This document shows positions 1 through 9,478 of a DNA stretch of 64,000 nucleotides, piece after piece. Every line of letters begins with the position of its first letter. Position 1 is the first letter of the stretch. Source of the DNA: an uncultured delta proteobacterium. GTDB lineage: Bacteria; Desulfobacterota; Binatia; HRBIN30; BPIQ01. The notes beneath the pieces were generated by a model that did no database searches, was not told the origin of the DNA, and saw nothing but the letters and a program-made list of their open reading frames with translations. The stretch covers positions 1-64,000 of the forward strand of contig CAVXGR010000013.1 in assembly GCA_963761335.1 (NCBI GenBank), written 5' to 3'. The translations under genes were made by a program, and so were the position numbers.

Positions 1-1
1 A

Positions 2-718
2 GTTCTTCGTATCTGCCAATCCGTCTTTTGGAATTCGACCGACTTCTTGAGGAGGCTGGGAGTGCGGGGGGCGTTGCCCCAAGAATTGATCGAGTGCGAA
101 GCGACTGGGATCTCACAGGTGCTCGCCCGGGAGTCGGAGGGCACGCTGGTAGATACATTGTCCTATTCACTCCGGGAAATCTTGAGGAATGCGCTCGAGC
201 ACAGCAGTGCCGAACGCGTAACGTACTGTGCACAGGTTTGGCCTACCCGCCGGTTCGTTGAGCTCGCGATCGTCGACGGCGGACGCGGTGTCCGCGAGTC
301 GCTTCTGCGCAATCCTTCCCTGAAGGTGCAAGATGATCGTGAAGCATTGACTTGCGCGCTGCTGTCCGGCATCTCCGGGCGAGGCATGCGACGGCGAAGC
401 GCGGCGGACGTCTGGGCAAATTCCGGGTTTGGACTCTATACGGCGGGCCGCCTCTGCGGAAATGGTGGACACTTGTTGATTGTCAGCGGCAGTGCGGGGA
501 TTCGCCTGCAGGCAGGTCAGCGAACCTGGCTTACGTCCAACTTTCAAGGTACCGCTATCTGCGCGGCCCTCCGGACAGATCAGCTAATGCCTCTTCGCGA
601 CTCGCTGGCGCATTTGAGACGAGCGGGAGAGGCGACCGCCCGGGAGATCGACGCAAACGAGAATGTTAGCGCACCTAGCCTGCCGCATGCTTCAAGACAC
701 TTCAAGTCGGGCGAATAG
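2..718 (+). CDS. Histidine-kinase-like (GHKL/HATPase) ATP-binding protein, 5'-partial
   Basis: Frame is open from base 2. N-box EILRNALEHS, G1 box IVDGGRGV, G2 box NSGFGLY, terminal GT motif. Confidence 0.8.
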   Translation, partial: VLRICQSVFWNSTDFLRRLGVRGALPQELIECEATGISQVLARESEGTLVDTLSYSLREILRNALEHSSAERVTYCAQVWPTRRFVELAIVDGGRGVRESLLRNPSLKVQDDREALTCALLSGISGRGMRRRSAADVWANSGFGLYTAGRLCGNGGHLLIVSGSAGIRLQAGQRTWLTSNFQGTAICAALRTDQLMPLRDSLAHLRRAGEATAREIDANENVSAPSLPHASRHFKSGE

Positions 719-829
719 CGGCTGGGCTCGCGAGTGGTAGTGTGCTTCTCCGCTGGATTTGCCTTGCAGTCACTGGCCGGGACGCCCAAGTGGCTAGCTA
801 AAACGGGACCTCTTCTTTGAGAACACGCT

Positions 830-1287
830 TTACCCAGGCATCGGTTTCCAACTCTCCCACGCATCCGCCAACTCTCGAACCTTCGTGGACGCCAATTTCC
901 AAAGGTGAACTCCTTCCGCCCCTTCTTGCGATAGGCTTCGGCGTTGGCTGCGACTTGGTCCGCAACGGCGTCGGCGGTCTCCAGGAAGGCCTCGAACGTC
1001 TTCTCACCCGGCACCCACCTCAGGAACACGTAGTAGCACCCCGCCCCTCGGAGGCACTTCCCGGGCTTGCTCGTCGGCCAGAACTTGACCTTCTTCATCG
1101 AAGTCTTGACCTGCAACGAGGCCTGGCCGCCGGTCCTGGGGTCGGTCACCAGGAGGTCTATCCCTGCCGTGTTCCGGATCGTCGGCAGCGCGATCAACCC
1201 CCGGAGGCTCAGCCTGTACGCGACGAAGTGAACTCCGGCGACGCCGATTAGGTCGTTGGTCAGCCGCGCCTTGGCTTCTTCCTTCAT
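830..1287 (-). pseudogene. Small PD-(D/E)XK nuclease-like protein with an apparent 1-nt frameshift near 907
   Basis: ATG at 1287 follows a GGAGGAGG RBS. IGVAG..V...L, GIDLLV and LQVKT motifs are present. The alternative frame after 907 reads HLWKLASTKVRELADAWESWKPMPG* (stop at 830), whereas the uncorrected frame runs to 580 and overlaps the convergent ATPase. Confidence 0.6.
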
Positions 1288-1643
1288 AGCCCTCCTCCCG
1301 CGAGTGTGCTCGACGTAGCACGATGGGCGGCGGGCGACCAGGCGGCGCGGGCAACGGGCGGAGCCTCTCCCTTGCCAACCAGGCCGCTGACCCAAGGCCG
1401 TGGCCCCTTTCGGCCGGCGTGCTCCTCGCCACCGGAAATTGAGCAGAAGCACCTCGGGGCGTGAGGGACAGCCGGGGGAGTGGCTGACGACCTCGGACGG
1501 AGTCTCGGGCAAACCTCGTCATGATGAGCGCCAGGATCGCTGGGCAGAGGGTTGCCGTCCGGCGTCAGGCCGCTCGGGACCAAGGCGATCTGGCTGGACC
1601 ATCGTCGATCCGCTAGGCCCGCTTTGGCGGCGGCTTCCCTCGC

Positions 1644-2612
1644 TCAGCGCGCCGATAATTGACCAGAGACGCTCACATATGCCTTCTTTATCGCATTCCA
1701 GGTCCCTGGCACCTTCTTCCAGCGGCCCTCGGCTATGAGGTCCTGATGAATCCTGCGCCAGAATGCGACGCGCCCCCTTCGGGGGACGCCCCCACGCTGA
1801 CGAACCATCTGGAAGATCCTGTAGTGAAGGGGGTTGATCTTCTGTCGCGACAAGCTCGGCAGCGCACGAATCGCTCCATATAGCTGCCGCAATTCCCTCC
1901 ATGTGAGATCCGATGCGTTGATTTCTAGGGTTACCCACTGCCGCATACCGGAGTGCTCCGTCACGCTGACCCGGGGAATTACGGGACGTGCCCCACCTAG
2001 AACCCAAGAGGTGACCGCGACTGGCGGGACGTTTGCGCGCGAGGCGATTCGCTGAACGCCTTTCGCCAAGGCATAGAGTCCTGACCCGAACTGCGTGTTT
2101 GTGACCCTGACCCAGCCCTTCGACGTCGCGTCAGGGTAGTGCAGCGACTGGTCGTCCGGGACAAAATTCACGCCCGTAGACCGTCGTAGCTTCTCCAGTT
2201 GCGCAAGGATCGGGGCGACAGTTCGCCGCGAGCGCTTAGGCAATCTAGTCGGGGCCCTCTTCTCAATCCATTTCTTCGCCTCCTCCGGTTCAGAAAACGG
2301 CCGTGCACCTGAGCCGAAGAGCTTCCGCCTCAACGCGATGACCTCCGGTTCTAGGTTTGCGCAGATCCGCTCCGAGGCAAGCAGGTCACTGGCTGTCGGC
2401 ACCAAGAGCAGCCCTGGGGCGCTGGCCGTCGACTTTGTCGCCTCGTTCACGCGGCCCGCGAGAACGATGGCATCCGAAACATCCCAATAGCCGACAGAGT
2501 TCTTCTCTTGACGAAAGTCAAAAAAGACGTCAGCGGCGAGGTCCACGACCCGCCGTGGGATTCCCGCGGGAGCCTTTCGCCTCACCGTACTGACAAACTC
2601 CTTCTTGTCCAT
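1644..2612 (-). CDS. Hypothetical basic protein of the element, divergent from the primase (possible regulator)
   Basis: ~322-aa protein-like ORF (MDKKEF...; alternative start 2633) with no recognised motif. Confidence 0.65.
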   Translation of the reverse strand: MDKKEFVSTVRRKAPAGIPRRVVDLAADVFFDFRQEKNSVGYWDVSDAIVLAGRVNEATKSTASAPGLLLVPTASDLLASERICANLEPEVIALRRKLFGSGARPFSEPEEAKKWIEKRAPTRLPKRSRRTVAPILAQLEKLRRSTGVNFVPDDQSLHYPDATSKGWVRVTNTQFGSGLYALAKGVQRIASRANVPPVAVTSWVLGGARPVIPRVSVTEHSGMRQWVTLEINASDLTWRELRQLYGAIRALPSLSRQKINPLHYRIFQMVRQRGGVPRRGRVAFWRRIHQDLIAEGRWKKVPGTWNAIKKAYVSVSGQLSAR

Positions 2613-2701
2613 CGTTGAACTTCTTTGTTGCAAACTAGTTCACTGCGATCCTCCCAAAAAATCGCCCGCGCCGCAATGGCGGGCCCGACCACTAGGGAGG
2701 A

Positions 2702-5233
2702 TTGGACATGAGCCTAATGAAACTCGACAAGATGGCAGCAGTCAGGTTCCTTACTGACCTCTTTCGCTCGCTTGCCCACGGGATGTACCTGGAACTTCGA
2801 TTCATTCCCCGAAACGGCGGCCCCGCGGTGCAACAGTTCATCTCCAGCATTGCTGACGTAGGCTGGTTGGAAGCACGGCGCCTCAACCGACTCGGCTACA
2901 CCGTAGCCTTCAGCGCCGCCCTCCGCAGTCGACGCGGAGGCGGATCTGACGACGTCGGCTGGCTTTTTGCCCTATGGGCCGACGTCGACGCAAAGCAGCA
3001 CGGCGGCAGCAAGGAGGCGGCCCTCGCCGCCCTCCACGATCTGGACGCGAAGCTGCCTCCGTCGATCATCGTCGACAGCGGCAACGGCTACCACGGCTAC
3101 TGGCTGCTGTCGCAGCCGGTCGAGGTCACGGCGGCGAATAGGCGCTCCTTGACCAGCCTCTTGGAGCGGCTGCAGTCGGCAGTCGGGTCGGACCCGGTGC
3201 ACGACCTTGCGCGCGTGATGCGGCTCCCGGGGAGCATCAACGCCAAGGACCCCAATTCGCCGAAGCCATGCCGGATTCTGGAAGAAACGGACCACCGCTA
3301 CACTCTAGCCGAGGTCGAAGCAGCGCTCGATTGCCCATCTCCCCACGCATCTCGACGAGAGGGCATGCCTGACGCCGGCCGCCCAATCGACCGCGTATTG
3401 GCACTCCTGCAGGACACGAGGCCGCGGGGTAAGGGATGGAAAGCACTCTGCCCCGGACATGATGACCACACGCCGAGCCTCGACGTCTGGGAAATCCGGA
3501 GCGGGGAGGTCCGAATGAAGTGCTGGGCGGGCTGCTCAACCGAGCGGGTGTTGTCCGCCTTGGAACTCACGCGCAAAGATCTTCAAGGTTCGACTGGCAA
3601 GCCGAGTCGATCCGAAGAAGGCGCGCTACAGCGACAGCGACTGGTAGACATCGGCAGCGAGGCTGACCTCTTCCAGACCGACGGCGATGAGGCGTGGGCC
3701 ACCTACACGGTCGGCGGACGGCGCCGCACGACGCGCATCTCGGAGAGCGGTTTCCGCGAGTGGCTCTTCTACCGCTATCAGGCGCGATTCCATACACCGC
3801 CGGTGACGTGGGCCGTGAACGACGCGGTGGCGACTCTGGCCGCTAAGGCAAAGTTCGAGGGTCCTGGGCGCGTCGTCCATCTTCGCGTCGCCGAGGGAGA
3901 TGACGGCACAATCTATATCGATTGCGCCGATTCGGAGGGTCACGTGATCAAGGTGACACCGGCGGGCTGGGCCGTCATAGATGATCCACCCGTCCTGTTC
4001 TGGCGACCCCCGAACTCGGCTCCGCTGCCCCTCCCCGAAAGAGGCGGGCGGATCAGCGATCTTCAGAAGTTCCTCAACCTTGGCAGCAAGGAGGACTTCG
4101 TTCTCGCGGTGGCCTGGCTCCTGACCGCCCTGCGACCGGGGCCCAGCTATCCCGTCCTCATCCTGCTGGGCGAGCGAGGCTCAGCGAAGAGCACGGCGGC
4201 GAAGATGCTGCGCTCGCTAGTCGATGCCGTCCACCGCGCGGCCTCCCGGGGCTTGCCGGGGAACGAACGCGACTTAGCAATCGCAGTCCGCAACAATCAC
4301 ATTTTGTCTTTCGCCAATGTATCGCGATTGAGCGAGCCCATTTCCGACGCGCTCTGCCGGATCGCCACCGATGAGGGATTCGCAACGCGAGAGCTGTATT
4401 CCGACGACAAGGAGCGCGTCTTCGGCGGGGCTCGGCCGATAATGCTGAACGGCATCGCCACGTTTCACCATGATCGCGGTGATCTACTCGATCGATCCGT
4501 GGTGCTCTACCTGCCGCGGATTTCTCCGGATCGGCTCCGGGACGACACCAAGCTGTGGCGGGAGTTCGATGAGGCGAGGCCTCGGATTCTCGGCGCGCTC
4601 CTGGACGCAATGGTGATCGGACTGCGGCGCATGCCCCGGATTCGCCTCCGACATAGCCCACGGATGCGCGACTTCGCACAGTGGAGTGTGGCTTGCGAGC
4701 CGGGCCTGCATATGCGGCCGATGTTCCTCGGAGCTTACAACGCAAACCAGGCCTCCGTTCTGTACGACGCATTGTCACACTCGTTGCTGGCCGTCCTCCT
4801 CCGACGCTTCGTCTGCATGGAGCGTTGGGGCAAAGGATGGAGCGGCACCGCAACTGAACTATTGGACTGCCTTTCCAAGACCGCAACTGACATCGAACGG
4901 CGCTCTCCCGACTGGCCGAGGGACGCGACCAGGCTCTCGTCACTCCTCAGACGCATCGCCCCGAACCTGCGGACTGCGGGAATCGAGGTTGAGTTCAGGC
5001 GCGAGGGAGCATCCAGCATGCGCATGATCTGCCTCCGGGGCCGCCCGAAAGCGTCGGCCGAGGCGAGTTCAGCGTCTGCCGGCGACTCCACCGAATCACA
5101 AAATCCCTGGGAATCCCACGACGAGACGCAGCCCCGCAGACGCTCAGACGCTCCCGACGCTCCTTCAGACGTAAAGAAGGGGAAAAAAGGGGTAGAGGGG
5201 AGGGCTGAAGCTAGGGAGGTAAAGCAGGATTAA
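2702..5233 (+). CDS. Primase-helicase replication protein: RepB-like primase + Zn-binding (CHC2-like) + P-loop ATPase
   Basis: LWADVD, DSGNGYHGYWLL, RVMRLPGSINAK (RepB-primase); CPGHDDHTPSL...KCWAGC (Zn finger); GERGSAKST (Walker A); RELYSD and DLLDRS. Confidence 0.85.
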   Translation: MDMSLMKLDKMAAVRFLTDLFRSLAHGMYLELRFIPRNGGPAVQQFISSIADVGWLEARRLNRLGYTVAFSAALRSRRGGGSDDVGWLFALWADVDAKQHGGSKEAALAALHDLDAKLPPSIIVDSGNGYHGYWLLSQPVEVTAANRRSLTSLLERLQSAVGSDPVHDLARVMRLPGSINAKDPNSPKPCRILEETDHRYTLAEVEAALDCPSPHASRREGMPDAGRPIDRVLALLQDTRPRGKGWKALCPGHDDHTPSLDVWEIRSGEVRMKCWAGCSTERVLSALELTRKDLQGSTGKPSRSEEGALQRQRLVDIGSEADLFQTDGDEAWATYTVGGRRRTTRISESGFREWLFYRYQARFHTPPVTWAVNDAVATLAAKAKFEGPGRVVHLRVAEGDDGTIYIDCADSEGHVIKVTPAGWAVIDDPPVLFWRPPNSAPLPLPERGGRISDLQKFLNLGSKEDFVLAVAWLLTALRPGPSYPVLILLGERGSAKSTAAKMLRSLVDAVHRAASRGLPGNERDLAIAVRNNHILSFANVSRLSEPISDALCRIATDEGFATRELYSDDKERVFGGARPIMLNGIATFHHDRGDLLDRSVVLYLPRISPDRLRDDTKLWREFDEARPRILGALLDAMVIGLRRMPRIRLRHSPRMRDFAQWSVACEPGLHMRPMFLGAYNANQASVLYDALSHSLLAVLLRRFVCMERWGKGWSGTATELLDCLSKTATDIERRSPDWPRDATRLSSLLRRIAPNLRTAGIEVEFRREGASSMRMICLRGRPKASAEASSASAGDSTESQNPWESHDETQPRRRSDAPDAPSDVKKGKKGVEGRAEAREVKQD

Positions 5234-5262
5234 CCTGAGCGTCTGAGCGTCGGTAGCGTCTG
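5050..5262. repeat. Iteron-like AGCGTC(T/G)G octamers in both orientations; putative replication origin
   Basis: Forward copies at 5050, 5071, 5238, 5246, 5255. Reverse copies at 5137, 5145, 5154, with degenerate ones at 5123 and 5166. A purine-rich tract lies at ~5173-5203. Confidence 0.65.
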
Positions 5263-5383
5263 CCAGGATAATGATCCCGCGAGGGAAAGCGCTTTACCCC
5301 TGACATGATATCGCGCTATTAGCGTACTCATACAGCTAGGCAGTAGCGCACTGCTGCTGCAGCACCGCTCCACACGGCGCCAT

Positions 5384-7168
5384 ATGGCCACGAACGGAAC
5401 AAATAGCCAACGCAAGATCATGGGCGGGTACGTCCGCGTGTCCACGGAGATGCAGGTTGAGCGGGGCGACTCACTGGAGGTCCAGGAGCAACGACTCCGG
5501 GACGAGGCGGAGAGGCGGGGATGGGAGCTGCGGATCTACCGCGAGGAGGGAGTCTCCGCGAAGGACGCGAACCGCCCCGCCTATCAGCGGATGCGCCGGG
5601 ACCTGGAGACGGGGGTGCTCCACGGCATCGTCGCGACGAAGCTCGACCGGCTCTGGCGCAACATGTCTCTCGCCCTAAACGAGGTCGACTTCATCACTCG
5701 GGCGACGTCCGGAAGAGGCGACTTGGTCATCCTCGATCAGAACGTCGACACGACCACCGCTGCGGGCCGCGTCGTCCTGAATATTCTGTTGTCCTTCGGT
5801 CAGTTCGAGCGCGAGACCACGGCCGAGCGGGTGGGCGAGGCGATGAAGGCGAAGGCTCGCGCGGGAAAGTTCAACGGGGGCCCCGTACCGTACGGCTACC
5901 AGGTCGACCGGGAGTCGAAGCGGCTGAGAGTCCACGAGGCGGAAGCCGCGGTGGTGCGGCGGATGTACGACCTGTACGAGGGCACACGCATCGTGCGGCA
6001 CGTACGGCTGGAGCTGAACAACTCGGGGAGCCGAACTCGGCGCGGCGACCGCTGGACGCAGGAGACGATCCGCCGGATCTTGTCCAGCCGGCTCTACGTT
6101 GGCGAGTTGCTCTACAATAGACGAAGCGCAGGCACCGGCAAGATCCGCCCTCGCCCGGAGGAGGAGCATATCCGCGTGCCCGACGCTGTCCCCGCCATTA
6201 TCGCCAAGGACCAGTTCGAGCGGGTGCAGCGAATCCTCGCCGAGCGTGCCCCGCTGCCCCCCCGCGCCCAAGCCACGGGCTACCTGCTGTCGAACCTGGC
6301 GAAGTGCGAGCATTGTGGGAAGACGCTCTACGGGCACACCACGTGGAAGGAGCGGGCCGCCCCGAAGTGGGAGAAGGGGCCGCGAGCTTCCGGGTGGATA
6401 GCGGAGACGCAGCGGGAGGTGACTGAGCTCCACCGCACCCACATCGTCCGTCAGTCGTTCACGTACTACCGGTGCCAGACCCACACCCGCTTCGGCCCCG
6501 ACCTTTGCCCCGGCAACTGCGCCCCCGGGGGCGATCTCGAAGAGGCGGTGCTCAACACGCTTTTCGACCTCCGCCTCGACCCCGAACGGCTCCGCGCCTT
6601 CCAGACCGAGAGACAAGCCAAGCTGCACACGGAGGTCCCCGACCTGAAGAGGGAGATCACAAGCCTGGAAGGCACCCTTCGCACCCTCGACAGCCGCGAG
6701 GACCGCGCCATGACCGCATTCGAGGAGGAGGCCTACACGGCGGCGGAGTTGAAGACTCGGCGGACGCTGATTGCCGAGCAGCGCCTTACGACCACGAATG
6801 TTCTTGAGGGGAAGCGGGCCCAGCTTGCGGAGGCGGAGCGTCAGACCTTCGACGTCGAGGGGTTCGTTCTAAGGCTGCGAACTGCGTACGACGGGTTCCG
6901 CTCGCTCAAACGAGAGGACCAGCGCTCGATGCTCCGCGACCTGATCGACCACATCGTCGTCGGTAGGGCGGGCGGGGTCATCGTTCTCAACCCGCGGCTC
7001 GCTGAGATTGGCGGCGGACTGATCCAGAACCCGATCAAGGAGCGGGAGTTCAAGCTTGGGGAGGAAAGCCGTCTTCCGTGGAGGCGCGCAACGGAACTCG
7101 ACCTGGAGGAACGTGCGGTTTCGGTTCAGCGACGAATGGACAGGGGTTCATGGCGGCGACCAGCATGA
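5384..7168 (+). CDS. Large serine recombinase (resolvase + recombinase + Zn ribbon + coiled coil)
   Basis: YVRVST catalytic motif, [32 protein letters not shown]...YYRC...C. Confidence 0.95.
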   Translation: MATNGTNSQRKIMGGYVRVSTEMQVERGDSLEVQEQRLRDEAERRGWELRIYREEGVSAKDANRPAYQRMRRDLETGVLHGIVATKLDRLWRNMSLALNEVDFITRATSGRGDLVILDQNVDTTTAAGRVVLNILLSFGQFERETTAERVGEAMKAKARAGKFNGGPVPYGYQVDRESKRLRVHEAEAAVVRRMYDLYEGTRIVRHVRLELNNSGSRTRRGDRWTQETIRRILSSRLYVGELLYNRRSAGTGKIRPRPEEEHIRVPDAVPAIIAKDQFERVQRILAERAPLPPRAQATGYLLSNLAKCEHCGKTLYGHTTWKERAAPKWEKGPRASGWIAETQREVTELHRTHIVRQSFTYYRCQTHTRFGPDLCPGNCAPGGDLEEAVLNTLFDLRLDPERLRAFQTERQAKLHTEVPDLKREITSLEGTLRTLDSREDRAMTAFEEEAYTAAELKTRRTLIAEQRLTTTNVLEGKRAQLAEAERQTFDVEGFVLRLRTAYDGFRSLKREDQRSMLRDLIDHIVVGRAGGVIVLNPRLAEIGGGLIQNPIKEREFKLGEESRLPWRRATELDLEERAVSVQRRMDRGSWRRPA

Positions 7169-8192
7169 GATTGGCGGGATAGGTCATCGAGCTCATCGCC
7201 CGCGAGATGGTGATGCGCATCTCCTCGAGCGGCTGGCGCAGCACCTCGAGGACGTTCTTGCGAAACTCCGGCAGCTCGTCGAGGAAGAGGATGCCGTTGT
7301 GCGCCAGCGATACCTCGCCGGGACGCGGCACGCTGCCGCCGCCGACGAGACCGGCGTCGCTGATGGTGTGGTGCGGGGCGCGAAAGGGGCGGGTCACCAC
7401 CAGGGCGCGGCCGTCCATGAGGCCGAGGACGCTGTGCACCCGCGTCGTCTCCACCGCCTCGTTCACCGTCAGCGGCGGCAGGATCGACGGTAGCCGCTTC
7501 GCCAGCATCGTCTTCCCGGAGCCGGGCGGGCCGATCATGATGACGTTGTGGCCGCCCGCGGCCGCCACCTCGAGGGCGCGCTTGACGTGCTCCTGCCCCT
7601 TCACGTCGCTGAAGTCGAGCTCGTAGTGGTCGCGCCGCGAGAAGATCTCGTCGAGGTCGACGTGCAGCGGCTCGATCGGGAGCTCGCCGCGCAGGAACTG
7701 GAGCGCCTCGGCGAGCGAGCCGACCGGGATGATGTCGATGTTCTTGATCACCGCCGCCTCCGGGCCGTTCGCCGCCGGCAACAGCAGCCCGCGCAATCCC
7801 TTCTCCGCCACCGCCGCGGCCACCGGCAGGGCGCCGCGCACCGGCTTCACCCGGCCGTCGAGCGACAGCTCGCCGAGAATGGCATAGCCCTGCAGTCGCT
7901 CGAGCGGCAGATCGCCCAGCCCGGCGAGAATGCCGAGCGCCATCGGCAGGTCGTACGCCGAGCCCGCCTTCTTGATGTCGGCCGGGGCCAGATTGATGAT
8001 CAGGCGGCTCGCCGGAAAGCCGTAGCCGGAGCTGCGCAGCGCCGAGCGCACCCGGTCCATGGCCTCCTTGACGGCGCCCTCCGGCAGGCCGACCACGGCG
8101 ATGTACGGCTGCCCGTGAGAGAGGTCGATCTCGACCTCGACGAGAAGGGCGTCAATGCCCTGTAATGCGCTGGATAAGACCGTCGCCAGCAC
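7137..8192 (-). pseudogene. comM: ComM/YifB Mg-chelatase-like AAA ATPase, 5' fragment interrupted by the element
   Basis: GTG at 8192 follows [58 protein letters not shown]. Similarity stops at AAMNPCP (normally NPCPCG) at ~350 of ~500 aa. Confidence 0.93.
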
Positions 8193-8261
8193 CGCCAAGC
8201 CTCCTTGCTCTGGCGGCGACTCTAGATGGGGCGGCGAGGTGAATCAAGATGGAGATCGACA

Positions 8262-8304
8262 CCCCCACCCTTTCCCTCTCTCGCGGGCAATGCGGGAGAG
8301 GGAA
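8262..8304. repeat. REP-like palindrome
   Basis: TTCCCTCTCTCGC...GCGGGAGAGGGAA stem in an intergenic region. Confidence 0.45.
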
Positions 8305-8315
8305 CCTACTCCAAC

Positions 8316-9389
8316 CTACGACTTGGGCGGGGTCTGCGACATGTTGTAGGCGTCCTCGGAGGTGATGACGTAGTCGAGGACGGCGAACTGGGAGACGATG
8401 GCGCCGGCGGCATCGGCGCCCCCGGGGAGGTCGGAGCCGACGTAGAGCGGCGTGCCGTCGGGGACGTCGAGCTCGCCTTCATACGGCCCCTGGCCGATCT
8501 GGCGGCCGTCGACGTACATGGTCGTAATCGAATCGCCCCAGCTGGCGGCGACGAAGTGCCACTCGCCGCGCTTCCAGGTTCGGATGTCCTGGCCGACGTT
8601 GGTCTCCTGCCCGGTGTCCGGCGTGAAGAGGAACCGCAGATACGGCCCGTTCTTGAAGATCTGCAGGCGGTTGGCCCAGCTGCCCGGGTTGCGCAGCTGC
8701 ACCAGCGAGTTGTCGGTCGGATCGCCGCCGTCCCAGTCGACGGGCTGCACCCAGAAGACGACGCTGCCGTGGTCGTTCACCACGCCGCCGTTGTTCGGAT
8801 AGGCGAAGCGCGAGTCGGGCGGGAAGTAGGCGCCGTCGCCGACGTCGTACTGCACGTTCTGCTCGACGATCGGGTCGGTGCCGTCGGCGGCGGTGCCGTT
8901 GTCCTTGAGGGCCGCCGCGAAGCGCGTGCCTTCCGGAAGATCGGCCTGGGGCACGCCGACCGGCTCGAACCCCTTGGTGTAGCGTCCGCCCCCGGTGCTC
9001 CCGTCGATGGCCGCACCGTGCGGGACTCCCTGTGTCTCGCTGCGCTGCGGCAGAGGTTCCGCGGCCAGGTTGCGGCCATCGGCCGAGGCCACCGTGTTCT
9101 CCCCCGCCTTCCCCAGCTGAATCGGCGGCGCGACACCGCCGCCCTCGGAGCCGGAAGCCGCGATGCCGCTTCCGGGTCGCGGCGCCTCGAAGGAGCCACC
9201 GGCGCTGCCGAAGGAGCTGGTTGCATGACCGGGGCGTCCGGGCGCTCCCTTGCTAGAATTAATCGAGCCCGGCACCGGGGCCGGTGCCGTCAGCTCGCTC
9301 GCCTGACGGCTCCTCACGATGACGAGAACTGTGAGAGCAACGCAGGCGGCGACGATGAGCGCCACCAGGCGAGGCATCGAATCGAACAT
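8316..9389 (-). CDS. Membrane-anchored LamG/concanavalin-A-like jelly-roll protein
   Basis: N-terminal TM helix, G/P/S linker, GSVVFWVQP, WHFVAASW, MYVDG, LYVGS motifs. Confidence 0.8.
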   Translation of the reverse strand: MFDSMPRLVALIVAACVALTVLVIVRSRQASELTAPAPVPGSINSSKGAPGRPGHATSSFGSAGGSFEAPRPGSGIAASGSEGGGVAPPIQLGKAGENTVASADGRNLAAEPLPQRSETQGVPHGAAIDGSTGGGRYTKGFEPVGVPQADLPEGTRFAAALKDNGTAADGTDPIVEQNVQYDVGDGAYFPPDSRFAYPNNGGVVNDHGSVVFWVQPVDWDGGDPTDNSLVQLRNPGSWANRLQIFKNGPYLRFLFTPDTGQETNVGQDIRTWKRGEWHFVAASWGDSITTMYVDGRQIGQGPYEGELDVPDGTPLYVGSDLPGGADAAGAIVSQFAVLDYVITSEDAYNMSQTPPKS

Positions 9390-9478
9390 GACGATATACG
9401 GTGGCCAGTTCGGTGAAGTCTGTCAAGTCGCCTCCGCCCGTTTGACGCCGCCGCTTGCCGCTTGCTACGGCGCATGGA

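Larger units (their letters stand above)
1..7137. mobile_element. Right part of an integrative element (primase-helicase + large serine recombinase) inserted in comM; left end is outside the window
   Basis: Serine integrase abuts a comM fragment broken in the AAMNPCP motif. Primase/helicase, iteron-like repeats and nuclease/ATPase cargo are present, and codon usage looks less GC3-extreme than the flanking host DNA. Confidence 0.88.

Noticed and set aside
1484..1525. CTGACGA followed by a stem, resembling a hammerhead ribozyme core
   Set aside because: The required GAAA is GCAAA here and stems I/III are not convincing. An Rfam/Infernal scan of 1288-1643 would settle it.
1..7137. Element as a complete prophage or conjugative ICE
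   Set aside because: No capsid, terminase, tail, relaxase or T4SS genes are in the visible part; the left portion is outside the window.
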